Below are positions 21,483-31,646 of a DNA stretch of 64,000 bases, in pieces. Numbering within the stretch: position 1 is the first letter of the stretch; every line of letters begins with the position of its first letter. The notes beneath the pieces are model-generated. The model made no database searches. It was not told where the DNA came from and saw nothing but the letters and a program-made list of their open reading frames with translations. Position numbers and translations under genes: made by a program. This DNA comes from Pseudomonas aeruginosa PAO1 (lineage in GTDB: Bacteria; Pseudomonadota; Gammaproteobacteria; Pseudomonadales; Pseudomonadaceae): the NCBI RefSeq assembly GCF_000006765.1, contig NC_002516.2. One strand, 5' to 3'.

Positions 21483-22360
21483 TGACCCGGCTTCCAGTCG
21501 GGTCGAGCTGCGTCGTAGCCCTGGACGGGGTGGGGTGGCAAGGGGTTATATTTTACCAAATTGGGAAAACGAAGATCGGGGTCGGCATCAATTTGCAGAT
21601 AGAGGGAGTAGTAGAATTTCTCAAGCTTTTCATCCGGCGTATACCACATTGCACTTGAAGGAGGCGTCCTCTTTCCGAAGACGCGCGAGAGAAAAAAGGC
21701 TGCACTCCTGCCGCCTTGAGAGACGGAGACTTGATAGTAGCTAAGTGCCTTTGGATAATTATTTTCAACCAACTCATAGTAGCTTCCAAGCTCATAGCTC
21801 GCCGGAGCATAACCTTGACTGGAAGCACAACTGGCATACGCCAGCCCCAATTCCTTTTCCTTGGCCACATAAATATAGAGTTTACCCAACTCGGTCAGTG
21901 CTGGCGGGTTCCCCAAACTAGCGGCTTTATCCAAGAAGGTCAGACCATCGGTAGCAGGGTTCTTAACACCGGCACGATTACCAATCATTGCCCCCATATC
22001 ATAGAACCCCTGAGGCACATCCAGATCTATCATCTTTTGATAGAGATCCAATGCCTTCTGCGGATCTTTTTCTACTCCTCCGGGCCACCCTGTACGATAA
22101 AGATTCGCCAAATTATGCATGGCCTTCCAATGACCGCGCTCCACTGCCTTGCTGTAAATCTCGACGATACGGCCCCAGGGCCGCAGAGTATCGGGCTTGG
22201 CCAAGGCTGCTGCTTCGCGGTACCAAGCATCGGCTTGCGGATCCAACGGCGGCAGATGGTCTTTTTCATTAGCGCAGACAAATGGTTTGCTGTTGGCCAT
22301 CACGGGGACGCCTGCAAGACAGAGCACGGCCCAAAGTCCAATAGCCATCAGCCGCATCAC
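21479..22360 (-). CDS. tli5b: T6SS phospholipase immunity protein (middle copy)
   Basis: 293 aa; same architecture; 4-bp overlaps with both neighbours. Confidence 0.9.
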   Translation of the reverse strand: MMRLMAIGLWAVLCLAGVPVMANSKPFVCANEKDHLPPLDPQADAWYREAAALAKPDTLRPWGRIVEIYSKAVERGHWKAMHNLANLYRTGWPGGVEKDPQKALDLYQKMIDLDVPQGFYDMGAMIGNRAGVKNPATDGLTFLDKAASLGNPPALTELGKLYIYVAKEKELGLAYASCASSQGYAPASYELGSYYELVENNYPKALSYYQVSVSQGGRSAAFFLSRVFGKRTPPSSAMWYTPDEKLEKFYYSLYLQIDADPDLRFPNLVKYNPLPPHPVQGYDAARPDWKPGQ

Positions 22361-23238
22361 TGCCCCGGTTTCCAGTCGGGCCGATCTGCGTCGTAGCCCT
22401 GGGTCGGGTGAGGAGGCAGAGGATGGTCCTTTATCAAGTTGGGAAAACGCAAATCAGGATCAGCGGCAAGTTGATCGTAAATACCATCATATAGTTTGTG
22501 CAGCTTCTCATCGGGGGCGTACCACATTCTGTCAACATCGGGACTAGTCTTATCAAAAACTCCGGACATGAAGAAGGCAGCATCATCATTTCCTTGGCTT
22601 GCAGCAAGAAGGTAATAGCCTGCCGCCTTTGGGTAGTTATGTGCCACCAAACGATAGTACATCGCCAACTCGTAATTGGCAGGAGCATAGCCCTGGCCTG
22701 CAGCACAGTTCGTATATTTCAGCCCCAACTCATCCTGACCAGCAACATATATATATAGCCTTCCTAACTCAGTTAATGCTGGTGGATTACCCAAGCTTGC
22801 AGCCTTATCGAGAAAGGTAAGTCCATCAGTCGCAGGATTCTTGACGCCAGCACGATTTCCGATCATTGCCGCCATATCGTAGAAACCTTGAGGAACCTTC
22901 AAATCGATCATCTTCTGGTAGAGATCTAGAGCTTTCTGAGTATCCTTCTCCACACCGCCTGGCCAACCGGTACGATAGAGGCTCGCCAAGTTATGCATAG
23001 CCTTCCAGTGACCACGCTCAACTGCCTTACTGTATAGATCGACGATACGATCCCAGGGACGCAGGGTATCGGGCTTGGCGAGAGCTACTGCCTCCCGATA
23101 CCATGCATCAGCCTGAGGATCTAGAGATGGCAAGTGGTCTTTTTCGTTAACGCATATAAAAGGTCGTAGTTCAGCCGCCATGACAGGATTTCCCGACAAC
23201 AAAAAAATCAAGAGAAAAAAACATAATGGACGCATCAT
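22357..23238 (-). CDS. tli5b: T6SS phospholipase immunity protein (effector-proximal copy)
   Basis: 293 aa; ATG abuts the pldB stop (TGAATG). Confidence 0.9.
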   Translation of the reverse strand: MMRPLCFFLLIFLLSGNPVMAAELRPFICVNEKDHLPSLDPQADAWYREAVALAKPDTLRPWDRIVDLYSKAVERGHWKAMHNLASLYRTGWPGGVEKDTQKALDLYQKMIDLKVPQGFYDMAAMIGNRAGVKNPATDGLTFLDKAASLGNPPALTELGRLYIYVAGQDELGLKYTNCAAGQGYAPANYELAMYYRLVAHNYPKAAGYYLLAASQGNDDAAFFMSGVFDKTSPDVDRMWYAPDEKLHKLYDGIYDQLAADPDLRFPNLIKDHPLPPHPTQGYDADRPDWKPGQ

Positions 23239-25476
23239 TCAGTCCACCGTGAGACCGGGGCTATAAGGTGTCACGACATCCCAGAAGCGAAGCAAGTTAG
23301 CTACCAAAGGCTCGTCTTTACGTTGCTGTCTCCAATTCGCATCCATTTTCTGATTCCAGAGTTTGAAGTTTTTTTCGGTTGTCGTAGCCACTTTCTGGGC
23401 ATGTAGCTCCCACAACTCCTCCCGCATCGCCCTCGCCAAATCCGGATTGGGCTGGGCAACCCCCAACTCGCTGTCGCCATGCATGCTGCGGACATTGATA
23501 TTGGCCGAGCTGAGCAGGGTATAGAGGTCATCCACCAGCAGCAGCTTGGAGTGCACGTAGATGTGCTTGTAGCGCGCCTTCAGCGGCGGCGCCCCGAGGG
23601 CGGCCTCGGCTTCGGCGGACAGGCGCGCTGGCGGCGGGCTGCCGGGGGCAGGGTCGCTGGTGGCCAGGGTGGCGACGACCACCTTGAGGCCGGGTACTTC
23701 GACGAGTTGATAGGGCTTGTCGTCCTCGCCGGTGTTCTTCGCCAGTCCGGGAATCTCCTGCGCGCCGAGATCGCCGAGGCGTTGCTCGACTTCCGGCGTC
23801 ACGCCTTTCTCTTCGAGCGCCTCGATCTTGCGCTCCAGCCGTTCGATGTTGTTTTCCTGGCCGCGCCGGACATAGGGATCGGGATGTAGGTTTTCCCTGA
23901 CCTGCTTCAACTGCTCCCGCTTTTCCCGCAAGTCATGCGCCAGGTCGCGCTGTACCTGCGGCATCAGTTGCTCCTGGCCCAGGCCTTTCATCATGTCGTA
24001 GGTGGTCTTCGAGGCGTCGCTGGAGTCGGGGGTGTTGGTCACGACGAACAGGTACAGGTCGCCGGGCACGCCCCGGGCCTTGCGCACCTGCGCAGTCTTC
24101 CGCAGGCGCTCGGCGAAGCCGGCATAACGGAAGTACTGGTTTTCCATGTAGACGTAGTCGGTGGCATTGCCCAGGGCCTTGAGATAGTGCTCCAGGATCG
24201 AGCGCTCGTCGTCCTGCGGCTGGGTTCGGCAAATCTGCGCGACGCTGTTGCTGGCGGGCGTGGCGATCTTCGGCAGCGGCAAGGCGTCGCGCTCGGCGGT
24301 CAGCGATGGCGTCGAGAACCAGCGCTTGTACCACGGCGTCTCGAGATCCCAGGCCTCGCTGAAGTTGCGGCTGAGGTCGGCCAGCACCGGGCCCTGGACC
24401 TGCATGGAGATATCCTGCCAGGGCCCGAACCCGGGATCGCGACCGGCGGCGCGGTCGTCGAACAGGTGGGCGCTGGTGTCCCAGTAGTTGCGGTGCATGT
24501 TGTGACCCATGACGAAGCCGATGGCCTGCGGGCTGCCATAGTCGACCAGGACCATCTTCTGGTGATGGCTGGCGAACTGGGTGAGTACCAGCAACTGGCC
24601 GATGCCCAGGTCGTCGATGCCATCGGCGCGCAGCAGGTGGATCAGGCTTTGCAGCCGCCCGTTGACGAGGCGCACCTGCTCGCCGTTCATCACCGGCCTG
24701 GCCGTCTGCTCGAAGTCGCGGGTACGGAACTCGACGTTCTGCAACCCACCGCCGCGTACCGCCTTGAACCAGTCGCGGGTGAATATCTGCCCCCAGGGAT
24801 CCTGGCGGGTGCCGCCGGAACCGCGCTTGCCGCCGTAGCCCTGGGCCCCGCTGCTGTCGAGAGTGCGCTGGATCTCGGCGTTCTCCGCCTCCAGCTCGGC
24901 GATGCGCGTCCGCGCGTGGGCGGCGCCCCGCGGGTCGAAGCTCGGCAGCCTGCCTTCGCGGTGCAGCCGTTCCGAGCGCTCCAGGGCTTCCTGCTGCCGC
25001 GCGATGAGGTTGAGGTTATGCTGGCGCCGCTGCTCCAGCCGCAGCACCTCGTTGTCCACCGCACTGCCGCTGGCGACGCCCGAGCCCACCCAGGTGCCGC
25101 CGGAACCGCCGACGCCGGCCCCGGGGATGGTGTTTTCCTTGAGCCTGGCGAGCTGGTTGCTCCAGACCAGCACCCGCGCCTGCACTCCTTCGCGGCCCTT
25201 CGTCTGCAGCAATTCGCCGATTCGCGGTCCGTCGGGGCGCTTGAAGCGCATGGCCGGGTCGAAGCCCCAGGTGATGATGTCGATGCTGTGCCGGGCCGCT
25301 TCCATCGCCGCATGCACCGCGTCGAAGGCCGCCTGGCCATTGATCAGCGGCTTGATGTGCACACCCGCGCGCGGTGGGTAGAAGGCCTTGTTGGCGAACC
25401 AGTCGAGGGTCAGCCGGACGCTGCCGGCCTGTTGCGCGTACAGCTTGAGGGTTTGCGGTTTGTACAGGTCGCTCAT
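23239..25476 (-). CDS. pldB: T6SS phospholipase D effector (Tle5b/PldB)
   Basis: 745 aa; two HxKxxxxD motifs (SHHQKMVLVD, YVHSKLLLVD); lies between vgrG and the immunity genes. Confidence 0.93.
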   Translation of the reverse strand: MSDLYKPQTLKLYAQQAGSVRLTLDWFANKAFYPPRAGVHIKPLINGQAAFDAVHAAMEAARHSIDIITWGFDPAMRFKRPDGPRIGELLQTKGREGVQARVLVWSNQLARLKENTIPGAGVGGSGGTWVGSGVASGSAVDNEVLRLEQRRQHNLNLIARQQEALERSERLHREGRLPSFDPRGAAHARTRIAELEAENAEIQRTLDSSGAQGYGGKRGSGGTRQDPWGQIFTRDWFKAVRGGGLQNVEFRTRDFEQTARPVMNGEQVRLVNGRLQSLIHLLRADGIDDLGIGQLLVLTQFASHHQKMVLVDYGSPQAIGFVMGHNMHRNYWDTSAHLFDDRAAGRDPGFGPWQDISMQVQGPVLADLSRNFSEAWDLETPWYKRWFSTPSLTAERDALPLPKIATPASNSVAQICRTQPQDDERSILEHYLKALGNATDYVYMENQYFRYAGFAERLRKTAQVRKARGVPGDLYLFVVTNTPDSSDASKTTYDMMKGLGQEQLMPQVQRDLAHDLREKREQLKQVRENLHPDPYVRRGQENNIERLERKIEALEEKGVTPEVEQRLGDLGAQEIPGLAKNTGEDDKPYQLVEVPGLKVVVATLATSDPAPGSPPPARLSAEAEAALGAPPLKARYKHIYVHSKLLLVDDLYTLLSSANINVRSMHGDSELGVAQPNPDLARAMREELWELHAQKVATTTEKNFKLWNQKMDANWRQQRKDEPLVANLLRFWDVVTPYSPGLTVD

Positions 25477-27845
25477 GGCGTGGGCTCATCCTTGTCGGCG
25501 GCGCCGGGCCGCGAGGCGTCGCGCCGGTAGGCGTCCGGGGCGGAACGCGGCTTGTGCTGGGGCATTTCCGCCCGGTAGTCACGGAACCCCTGCTGGGCGA
25601 GCCGATCGTCGGCCTGCAGTGCGTCCGGCTGGTCGACCATCTCCACCTCGTAGGCGTGGCCATTGGCGGTCTCGATGCGATAGGTGCGTTCGCCCGGAAG
25701 CGGTTCGAAGCTGATTGCGCCGCCTTCGTCGGCGATGCCCTCCTCCTTGAAGGCACCGTTGGCGTAGAGCCGATACGGTTGCCTGGCCGCCGATGCCACG
25801 CCGGGCAACGGACTGAGTTCGAAACGTAGGAGTTTCTGCGGCGCTTCGCCGATCTTCTGGGCGATGGCTCCCAACAAGGCGCCTCCCGCCGCCGCGGCGT
25901 CGGCCGCGAGCGGTTGCAGCGGCGACAGCGCGCGAACGCCGCTACCGATGCCGGGGCTGCCGCCGCTGTTGATCATCACCTGGGCGCCGTCGAGGGTGAC
26001 ACCGCCCGGGTCGAGCCTGGCGAAGCTGCCACCGCCCTTTAGGGTCAGCTCCATGCCTGCCTCGATCACTACCTTGTCGCCGGCCTTGAAATGGATCTCG
26101 TCGCCCGCCTCGACGAACTGGCCGGTGCCGATCCTCAGGTGCAACGCGTCGGCGACGCTGAGGTGGTCGGCCGCCTTCAGTTCGACCTTGCGGTCGGCAT
26201 GGACCGTGCGCTGTTCCTCGGCCCTGAACTCGCTGTAGCTATCGCCCTCGACCGTGTCGTGGCGCTCGTGGCCGACGCGGATCTTCTGGTCGTGCTCGAT
26301 GTTCTCGTCCCAGTCGCGCTGGGCGTGGACGAAGATCTGTTCCTGGCCCTTGCGGTCCTCGATGCGCAGTTCGTTGAAACCGCCGCCGCCGGGGTAGCTG
26401 TCGGTCTTGAAAACGCTGCGGGTCTTGTTCTGCGGCAGCTCGTAGGGCACCCGGTTTTCGCTGTGGTAGAGGCAGCCGGTGACCAGCGGCTGATCCGGAT
26501 CGCCCTCCAGGAAACCCACCAGGACTTCCATGCCCACCCGCGGGATGGCGACGCCGCCATAGCGCTTGCCCCCCCAGTTGGAGGCGACGCGCAACCAGCA
26601 ACTGGTGTTGTCGTCGGCCTGGCCGAGGCGATCCCAGAAGAACTGCACCTTGACCCGGCCGTATTGGTCGCAGTGGATGGTCTCGCCGGCGGGGCCGGTC
26701 ACGACCGCTGTCTGGCAGCCCAGCACGCGTGGCCTGGGATGCTCCAGCGGGGGGCGGAAATGCGCGCTCCAGGGAGTGGCGACGAAATGGTTGCGATAGC
26801 CCTGGCGGAAATCGCCCTGGCCCTGCGCGACGTCGCTGTCGATCGACTCTTCCAGTACCTGCGGCTGCCGCCCTTCGTGGAGAACCTCGGTAAGCAGCCA
26901 GAGATCGTTCCATTCGCCGCGGGGATGCGCGGACAGCGTCAGGAAGTGTCCGCTGAGCAGCGCCGGTTCGTCGCTTTCGCCCCTGGCCTGTAGGTAGTCG
27001 GCGCGATGCCGTTCCAGCGCGCGATGGCTCAGGTGCTTGCCGCGCTCGCGGTGGGTGAAGCGGCCGGGATAGTCGTAGTCCTCCAGGTCCGGTTGCTGCG
27101 CCCCGGGCTGCGGGCCATGGGCGGCCTGCATCTGCAACGCGGGTTGCTCGAAGTCGTAGTCGCGCCGGGTAACCCGGCTGGCACGGGTGTCGAAGCGCAC
27201 GCCGAAGCGCTTGACCACCGGCTGGTCGGCGACCAGCCCGGCGTCCTGCACGTAGGCGACGGGGCGTTGCAGCCGCGGAAAGGAGGTCTGGTCGTCGCCG
27301 AAGACCAGCACATGGCCCTGGGCAGAAAACTCATGGTGGTAATGGATGCCCTCCTCCTCGCAGAGCCTGCTGAGGAACGCCAGGTCGGTTTCGTCGTACT
27401 GCGTGCAGTATTCGCGGGCCGGGTACGGCGTCGGACCCAGCTGGAAGCGGTAGGCGTCGGCGAGAATGCCGTGGCCCTCCAGCACCCGACCGATGATTTC
27501 CGGCACGCTGAGGCGCTGGAAGATGCGTTGGTCGCTGCACAGCCCCAGGTAGGCCAGGCGCGGCTCCAGGGTCGCGCGATAGCCGGTCAGGCGCTTGCCG
27601 GAGTCCCCCTGGGCGATGCTGGTGAGCTGTCCGTGGACCCCTTGCCCGCTCGGCGAGAGGATCAGGAAGGCCGGCTGGTGCAGCAGCGCGTCGAGGTCCA
27701 GGTCGGATCGCTCGCTGACCAGTTCCAGGTCGAAGCGAAAGGGCTGGCTGATGGCTTCGCGACCGCGGAAGGCGAGTACCTGGAAGTCGTGCCGGAGGTT
27801 TTCGATGCGAAGGCTGAAGTGCGTCTGGTTGGCGGGGGCGAACAT
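25473..27845 (-). CDS. vgrG5: T6SS spike protein VgrG with C-terminal extension
   Basis: 790 aa; EAISQPFRFDLEL, YCTQYDETD, DQYGRVKVQFFWDR, IPRVGMEVLVGF, NELRIEDRKGQEQ, DUF2345-like region plus about 130 aa tail. Confidence 0.93.
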   Translation of the reverse strand: MFAPANQTHFSLRIENLRHDFQVLAFRGREAISQPFRFDLELVSERSDLDLDALLHQPAFLILSPSGQGVHGQLTSIAQGDSGKRLTGYRATLEPRLAYLGLCSDQRIFQRLSVPEIIGRVLEGHGILADAYRFQLGPTPYPAREYCTQYDETDLAFLSRLCEEEGIHYHHEFSAQGHVLVFGDDQTSFPRLQRPVAYVQDAGLVADQPVVKRFGVRFDTRASRVTRRDYDFEQPALQMQAAHGPQPGAQQPDLEDYDYPGRFTHRERGKHLSHRALERHRADYLQARGESDEPALLSGHFLTLSAHPRGEWNDLWLLTEVLHEGRQPQVLEESIDSDVAQGQGDFRQGYRNHFVATPWSAHFRPPLEHPRPRVLGCQTAVVTGPAGETIHCDQYGRVKVQFFWDRLGQADDNTSCWLRVASNWGGKRYGGVAIPRVGMEVLVGFLEGDPDQPLVTGCLYHSENRVPYELPQNKTRSVFKTDSYPGGGGFNELRIEDRKGQEQIFVHAQRDWDENIEHDQKIRVGHERHDTVEGDSYSEFRAEEQRTVHADRKVELKAADHLSVADALHLRIGTGQFVEAGDEIHFKAGDKVVIEAGMELTLKGGGSFARLDPGGVTLDGAQVMINSGGSPGIGSGVRALSPLQPLAADAAAAGGALLGAIAQKIGEAPQKLLRFELSPLPGVASAARQPYRLYANGAFKEEGIADEGGAISFEPLPGERTYRIETANGHAYEVEMVDQPDALQADDRLAQQGFRDYRAEMPQHKPRSAPDAYRRDASRPGAADKDEPTP

Positions 27846-28115
27846 TCACTGTCCTCTTGGAAACGCAGCCGTGCGTTCCTGGCGTATTCGGTTCCGGGCG
27901 CGACGCGCCTGAGCCCGCGCGATGGAAATGCTGGCCGAGAGGATAGAGGAGAACAGTTGTGCAACTCTTTGCGCACTCGGCCTCCCGGCCGCATCAACGC
28001 TGACCACAATAAATTTGTAACAGAAAATTTCCAGAATGCCGACGCGGACGCCCCACCCCATCCGCGGCATTCACGTCCGCCAGGACGGGCCAGGCGTCCG
28101 CCGCCTCCGAGCACC

Positions 28116-28916
28116 TCAGGCGTAGCGCTCGCGACCCCAGGCGAGGAGGCTTTCCAGCAGTTCGCGGATGACTGCGCGGGTCGCTTCGGCGAGGTCCGCG
28201 CGGTAAGCGAACGGGGCCTGCTCGTCCATGTAGGTGCACTGCGCCAGCTCCAGCTGGACGGCATGGACGTGCTGCTCCGGCTGGCCGTAGTGGCGGGTGA
28301 TGTGGCCGCCCTTGAAGCGCCCGTTGAGCACATGGCTGTAGCCTTCGGCGGCAGCGCAGACCGCCTCCAGGCGGGCCGCCAGCGCTGGATCGCAACTGGC
28401 GCCGGCGTTGGTGCCGAGATTGAAGTCGGGCAGTCGGCCGTCGAACAGGTGCGGCACGTGGGAACGGATCGAGTGGGCGTCCCAGAGCAGCGCGTAGCCG
28501 AACTCGGCCTTCAGCCGCGCCAGTTCCTCGGCGATGGTCCGGTGGTAGGGCGTCCACACTTCGGCCAGGTAGCGCATGCGTTCCTCGGCGGACGGCGCCA
28601 TGCCTTCGCGGTAGAGCGGCCGGCCGTCGAACAGGGTGTCCGGATACAGGCCGGTAGTGGCGGTGCTGTACAGCGGCTTGTCGTCGGAAGGGCGGTTGAG
28701 ATCGACCACATAGCGCGAATAGTGGGCAGCCAGGGTGCTGGCGCCCAGTTCCTCGGCGAAATCGTAGAGCCGGGGAATGTGCCAGTCGGTATCGGTCAGC
28801 GCCCGCGCCTCCTCCACCAGGCCGGCGTCCACCGCCGGGGTCAGGCGCGTGCCGGGGTGCGGCATGCTGATCAGTAGCGGCACGCGGCCGCGCTTGAAAC
28901 TCAGGACTTCATCCAC
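28116..28916 (-). CDS. hutG: N-formylglutamate amidohydrolase
   Basis: GTG start 28916 (266 aa); [38 protein letters not shown]. Confidence 0.92.
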   Translation of the reverse strand: MDEVLSFKRGRVPLLISMPHPGTRLTPAVDAGLVEEARALTDTDWHIPRLYDFAEELGASTLAAHYSRYVVDLNRPSDDKPLYSTATTGLYPDTLFDGRPLYREGMAPSAEERMRYLAEVWTPYHRTIAEELARLKAEFGYALLWDAHSIRSHVPHLFDGRLPDFNLGTNAGASCDPALAARLEAVCAAAEGYSHVLNGRFKGGHITRHYGQPEQHVHAVQLELAQCTYMDEQAPFAYRADLAEATRAVIRELLESLLAWGRERYA

Positions 28917-30117
28917 GGTATACCTCCTCGGCGTGGCGAATGACGCGTTTCGGCAGATCGCCTCCCAGCCAGTAGGCCAGCTCCGCCGGACGCTCGATGT
29001 CCCAGGCGACGAAGTCGGCCAGCTTGCCGACCTCCAGGCTGCCGTGGCTGGCTTCCAGCCCCAGCGCCCGGGCGGCGTGCAGGGTGACACCGGCCAGCGT
29101 CTCCTCCGGGGTCAGGCGGAACAGGGTACAGGCCATGTTCAGCATCAGGCGCAACGACAGCGCCGGCGAGGTGCCGGGATTGAGATCGCTGGCAATGGCC
29201 ATGGCCACGCCGTGCCGGCGCAGGGCATCGATCGGCGGCAGCTGGGTCTCGCGCAACAGGTAGAAGGCGCCCGGCAGCAGCACCGCGACGGTGCCCGCCT
29301 CGCCCATGGCGCGGGCGTCGTCCTCGGTCATGTACTCCAGGTGGTCGGCCGACAAAGCCCGGTAGCGCGCCGCCAGGCTGGAACCGTGCAGCGAGGATAG
29401 CTGCTCGGCGTGCAGCTTCACCGGCAGGCCCAGCTCGCGGGCGGCGATGAATACCCGCTCGACCTGCGCCGGGGAAAACGCCAGGTGCTCGCAGAAGGCG
29501 TCCACCGCGTCCACCAGTCCCTCCCCGGCCAGCGCGGGGAGCATCGTCGAGCAGATATGCTCGATGTAGTCGTCGGCGCGCCCGGCGTATTCCGGCGGTA
29601 GCGCATGGGCAGCCAGGCAGGTGCTGCGCACGGTCGCCGGCAGGCGTTCGCCGAGGCGGCGGATGACCCGCAGCATCTTGCGTTCGCTGGCCAGGTCGAG
29701 GCCGTAGCCGGACTTGATCTCCAGCGCCGTCACGCCGTCGCGCAGCAAGGGCTCCAGGCGCTTGCGCGCGCTGGCCAGCAATTCTTCCTCGCTGGCCTCG
29801 CGGGTGGCGCGTACGGTGCTGGCGATACCGCCGCCGGCGGCGGCGATCTCGGCGTAGCTGACGCCCTCCAGGCGCTGCTCGAATTCGCCGCTGCGGTTGC
29901 CGCCGAACACCGCGTGGGTGTGGCAGTCGATCAACCCCGGGGTCAGCCAGGCGCCACCGAGGTCGATGCGTTCGGCGTAGTCGCCGGGCGGCAGTTCGGC
30001 GCGCGGGCCGATCCAGTGGATCAGCGGACCGTCGGTGACCAGGGCGGCGTCCTCGACGATCGAGTACTTGCCGCCCTTGAGGGTGGCGGCATGGCAATGC
30101 TGCCAGAGTCGTTTCAT
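28909..30117 (-). CDS. hutI: Imidazolonepropionase
   Basis: 402 aa; [41 protein letters not shown]. Confidence 0.95.
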   Translation of the reverse strand: MKRLWQHCHAATLKGGKYSIVEDAALVTDGPLIHWIGPRAELPPGDYAERIDLGGAWLTPGLIDCHTHAVFGGNRSGEFEQRLEGVSYAEIAAAGGGIASTVRATREASEEELLASARKRLEPLLRDGVTALEIKSGYGLDLASERKMLRVIRRLGERLPATVRSTCLAAHALPPEYAGRADDYIEHICSTMLPALAGEGLVDAVDAFCEHLAFSPAQVERVFIAARELGLPVKLHAEQLSSLHGSSLAARYRALSADHLEYMTEDDARAMGEAGTVAVLLPGAFYLLRETQLPPIDALRRHGVAMAIASDLNPGTSPALSLRLMLNMACTLFRLTPEETLAGVTLHAARALGLEASHGSLEVGKLADFVAWDIERPAELAYWLGGDLPKRVIRHAEEVYRG

Positions 30118-31646
30118 TGCAGGTCTCCTATGCTCGCGGCCAGCCGGGCGAGACTCTTCCGCTCGCCGAGGATGGCCGCCGCGCTGGCGATGTCGGGAGC
30201 CAGCCAGCGGTCGGTGTCGTACGCGGGCACGCGCTCGCGCAGGATGCCCCAGGCCGCCGCGGTGCCCTGGCCGAAGCGTTGCGGGGCGAGGAATTCAAAG
30301 GCCTGGGCGGCCAGCAGGTACTCGATGGCGAGGATCCGCCGGAGGTTCTCCAGGGCCCTACCAAGCTTGAGCGCGGCACTGGTGCCGAGGCTCAGGTGGT
30401 CCTCCTGGAGCGCCGAGGTGACGAAGTTGTCGACCACCGCCGGCTGCGCCAGCTGGCGGTTCTCGCCGGCCAGGGAGGCGGCGACGTACTGGGTGATCAT
30501 CATCCCCGAGTTGACTCCCGGCTTGCCCACCAGGAACGCCGGCAGGCCGCTGACCAGCGGGTTGACCAGGCGATCCAGGCGCCGCTCGGCGACCCCGCCC
30601 AGCTCGGCCACGGCGATCGCCAGCAGGTCGGCGGCCATCGCCACCGATTCGCCGTGGGGATTGGCCTGGGATACCACCCGGTAGGCTTCCGGCGTACCCA
30701 GCAGCAGCGGGTTGTCGGTGGCCGAGTTGAGTTCGGTCTCTATCTGCCGCGCCGCGTGGGCCAACTGGTCACGGCAGGCGCCATGGATCTGCGGTATCGA
30801 GCGGATGCTCAGGGCATCCTGGGTGCGGATGCCGCGGGCGTTCTCCAGTACCTGGCTGCCAGCCAGCAAGGCTCGCAGATTGGCGGCGACCCGCTGCATC
30901 CCGGGATGCGGCTTGAGCGCAACGATCTCGGCGTCGAACGCCGCCAGTTGGCCGCGCAGGGCCTCGAAGCTCATCGCCCCGATCACGTCGGCCCACTGCG
31001 CCAGGCGCTGCGCGTCGTCCAGGGCCAGGCAGGCGAGGCCGGTCATGCACGGCGTGCCGTTGACCAGGCAGAGCCCGTCCTTGGCTCCCAGGCGCACCGT
31101 CGCCAGGCCTTCCGCCGCCAACGCGGCGGCGGCCGGCACGACGCTGCCGCGGTAGCTGACCTCGCCGATGCCGAGCAGGGCGATGCCGACGTGCGCCATG
31201 TGGGTCAGGTAGCCCACCGAGCCCTGGGCCGGCACCTGCGGGGTAATGCCGTGGTTGAGCAGCGCCAGCAGCCCTTCCACCAGCGAACGGTCGAGCCCGG
31301 ACTTGCCCTGGCTGTAGTTGGCGACGGCGGCACAGATGATCGCCCGGGTCTGTTCGTCGCGCAGCGGCTCGCCGACCCCGCAGGCATGGCTGAGCAAGGT
31401 GTTGCGCGACAGCTCGGCGAGCTGCTCGCCTTCCAGCAGGACGTCGCACAGCGCGCCGAGGCCGGTACTGATGCCGTAGGCACGCTCGCCGTTGGCGACG
31501 ATACGGCAGACGATGGCGCGGGCATTGTCGATCCGTGCCCAGGCCGCCGCCGACAGTTCCAGGCGCGCACCGTGCCGGGCCACCGCGACCAGTTCCTGCC
31601 AACGCAGCGGACCGTCGCCGAACACGACGCTCGGTAGGTCGCTCAT
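30114..31646 (-). CDS. Histidine ammonia-lyase paralog lacking the MIO-forming Ala-Ser-Gly
   Basis: 510 aa; HAL-fold motifs ([32 protein letters not shown]) but GSVGYLTH where HutH has [11 protein letters not shown]. Confidence 0.9.
   Translation of the reverse strand: MSDLPSVVFGDGPLRWQELVAVARHGARLELSAAAWARIDNARAIVCRIVANGERAYGISTGLGALCDVLLEGEQLAELSRNTLLSHACGVGEPLRDEQTRAIICAAVANYSQGKSGLDRSLVEGLLALLNHGITPQVPAQGSVGYLTHMAHVGIALLGIGEVSYRGSVVPAAAALAAEGLATVRLGAKDGLCLVNGTPCMTGLACLALDDAQRLAQWADVIGAMSFEALRGQLAAFDAEIVALKPHPGMQRVAANLRALLAGSQVLENARGIRTQDALSIRSIPQIHGACRDQLAHAARQIETELNSATDNPLLLGTPEAYRVVSQANPHGESVAMAADLLAIAVAELGGVAERRLDRLVNPLVSGLPAFLVGKPGVNSGMMITQYVAASLAGENRQLAQPAVVDNFVTSALQEDHLSLGTSAALKLGRALENLRRILAIEYLLAAQAFEFLAPQRFGQGTAAAWGILRERVPAYDTDRWLAPDIASAAAILGERKSLARLAASIGDLQ

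Larger units (their letters stand above)
20601..23238 (-). repeat. Tandem triplication of an 882-bp immunity gene (878-bp period)
   Basis: Three equal-length ORFs with shared blocks (EKDHLP.LDPQADAWYREA, KPDTLRPW, GNRAGVKNPATDGLTFLDKAASLGNPPALTELG, QGYDA.RPDWKP). Confidence 0.95.

Noticed and set aside
20601-23238. Possible CRISPR array, prophage or IS in the AT-rich repeated region
   Set aside because: The repeats are whole 882-bp protein-coding paralogs; there are no short repeat-spacer units, cas, transposase, integrase or terminal repeats.
25473-25900. VgrG C-terminal extension as a new toxin domain
   Set aside because: It is short, has no catalytic motif, and fits the described role of an effector-recruiting tail for the adjacent PLD.
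30114-31646. Calling the hutH paralog a pseudogene or a second ordinary histidase
   Set aside because: The ORF is intact, full length and coupled to its neighbours, yet lacks the ASG triad, so neither label fits; treated as a finding.
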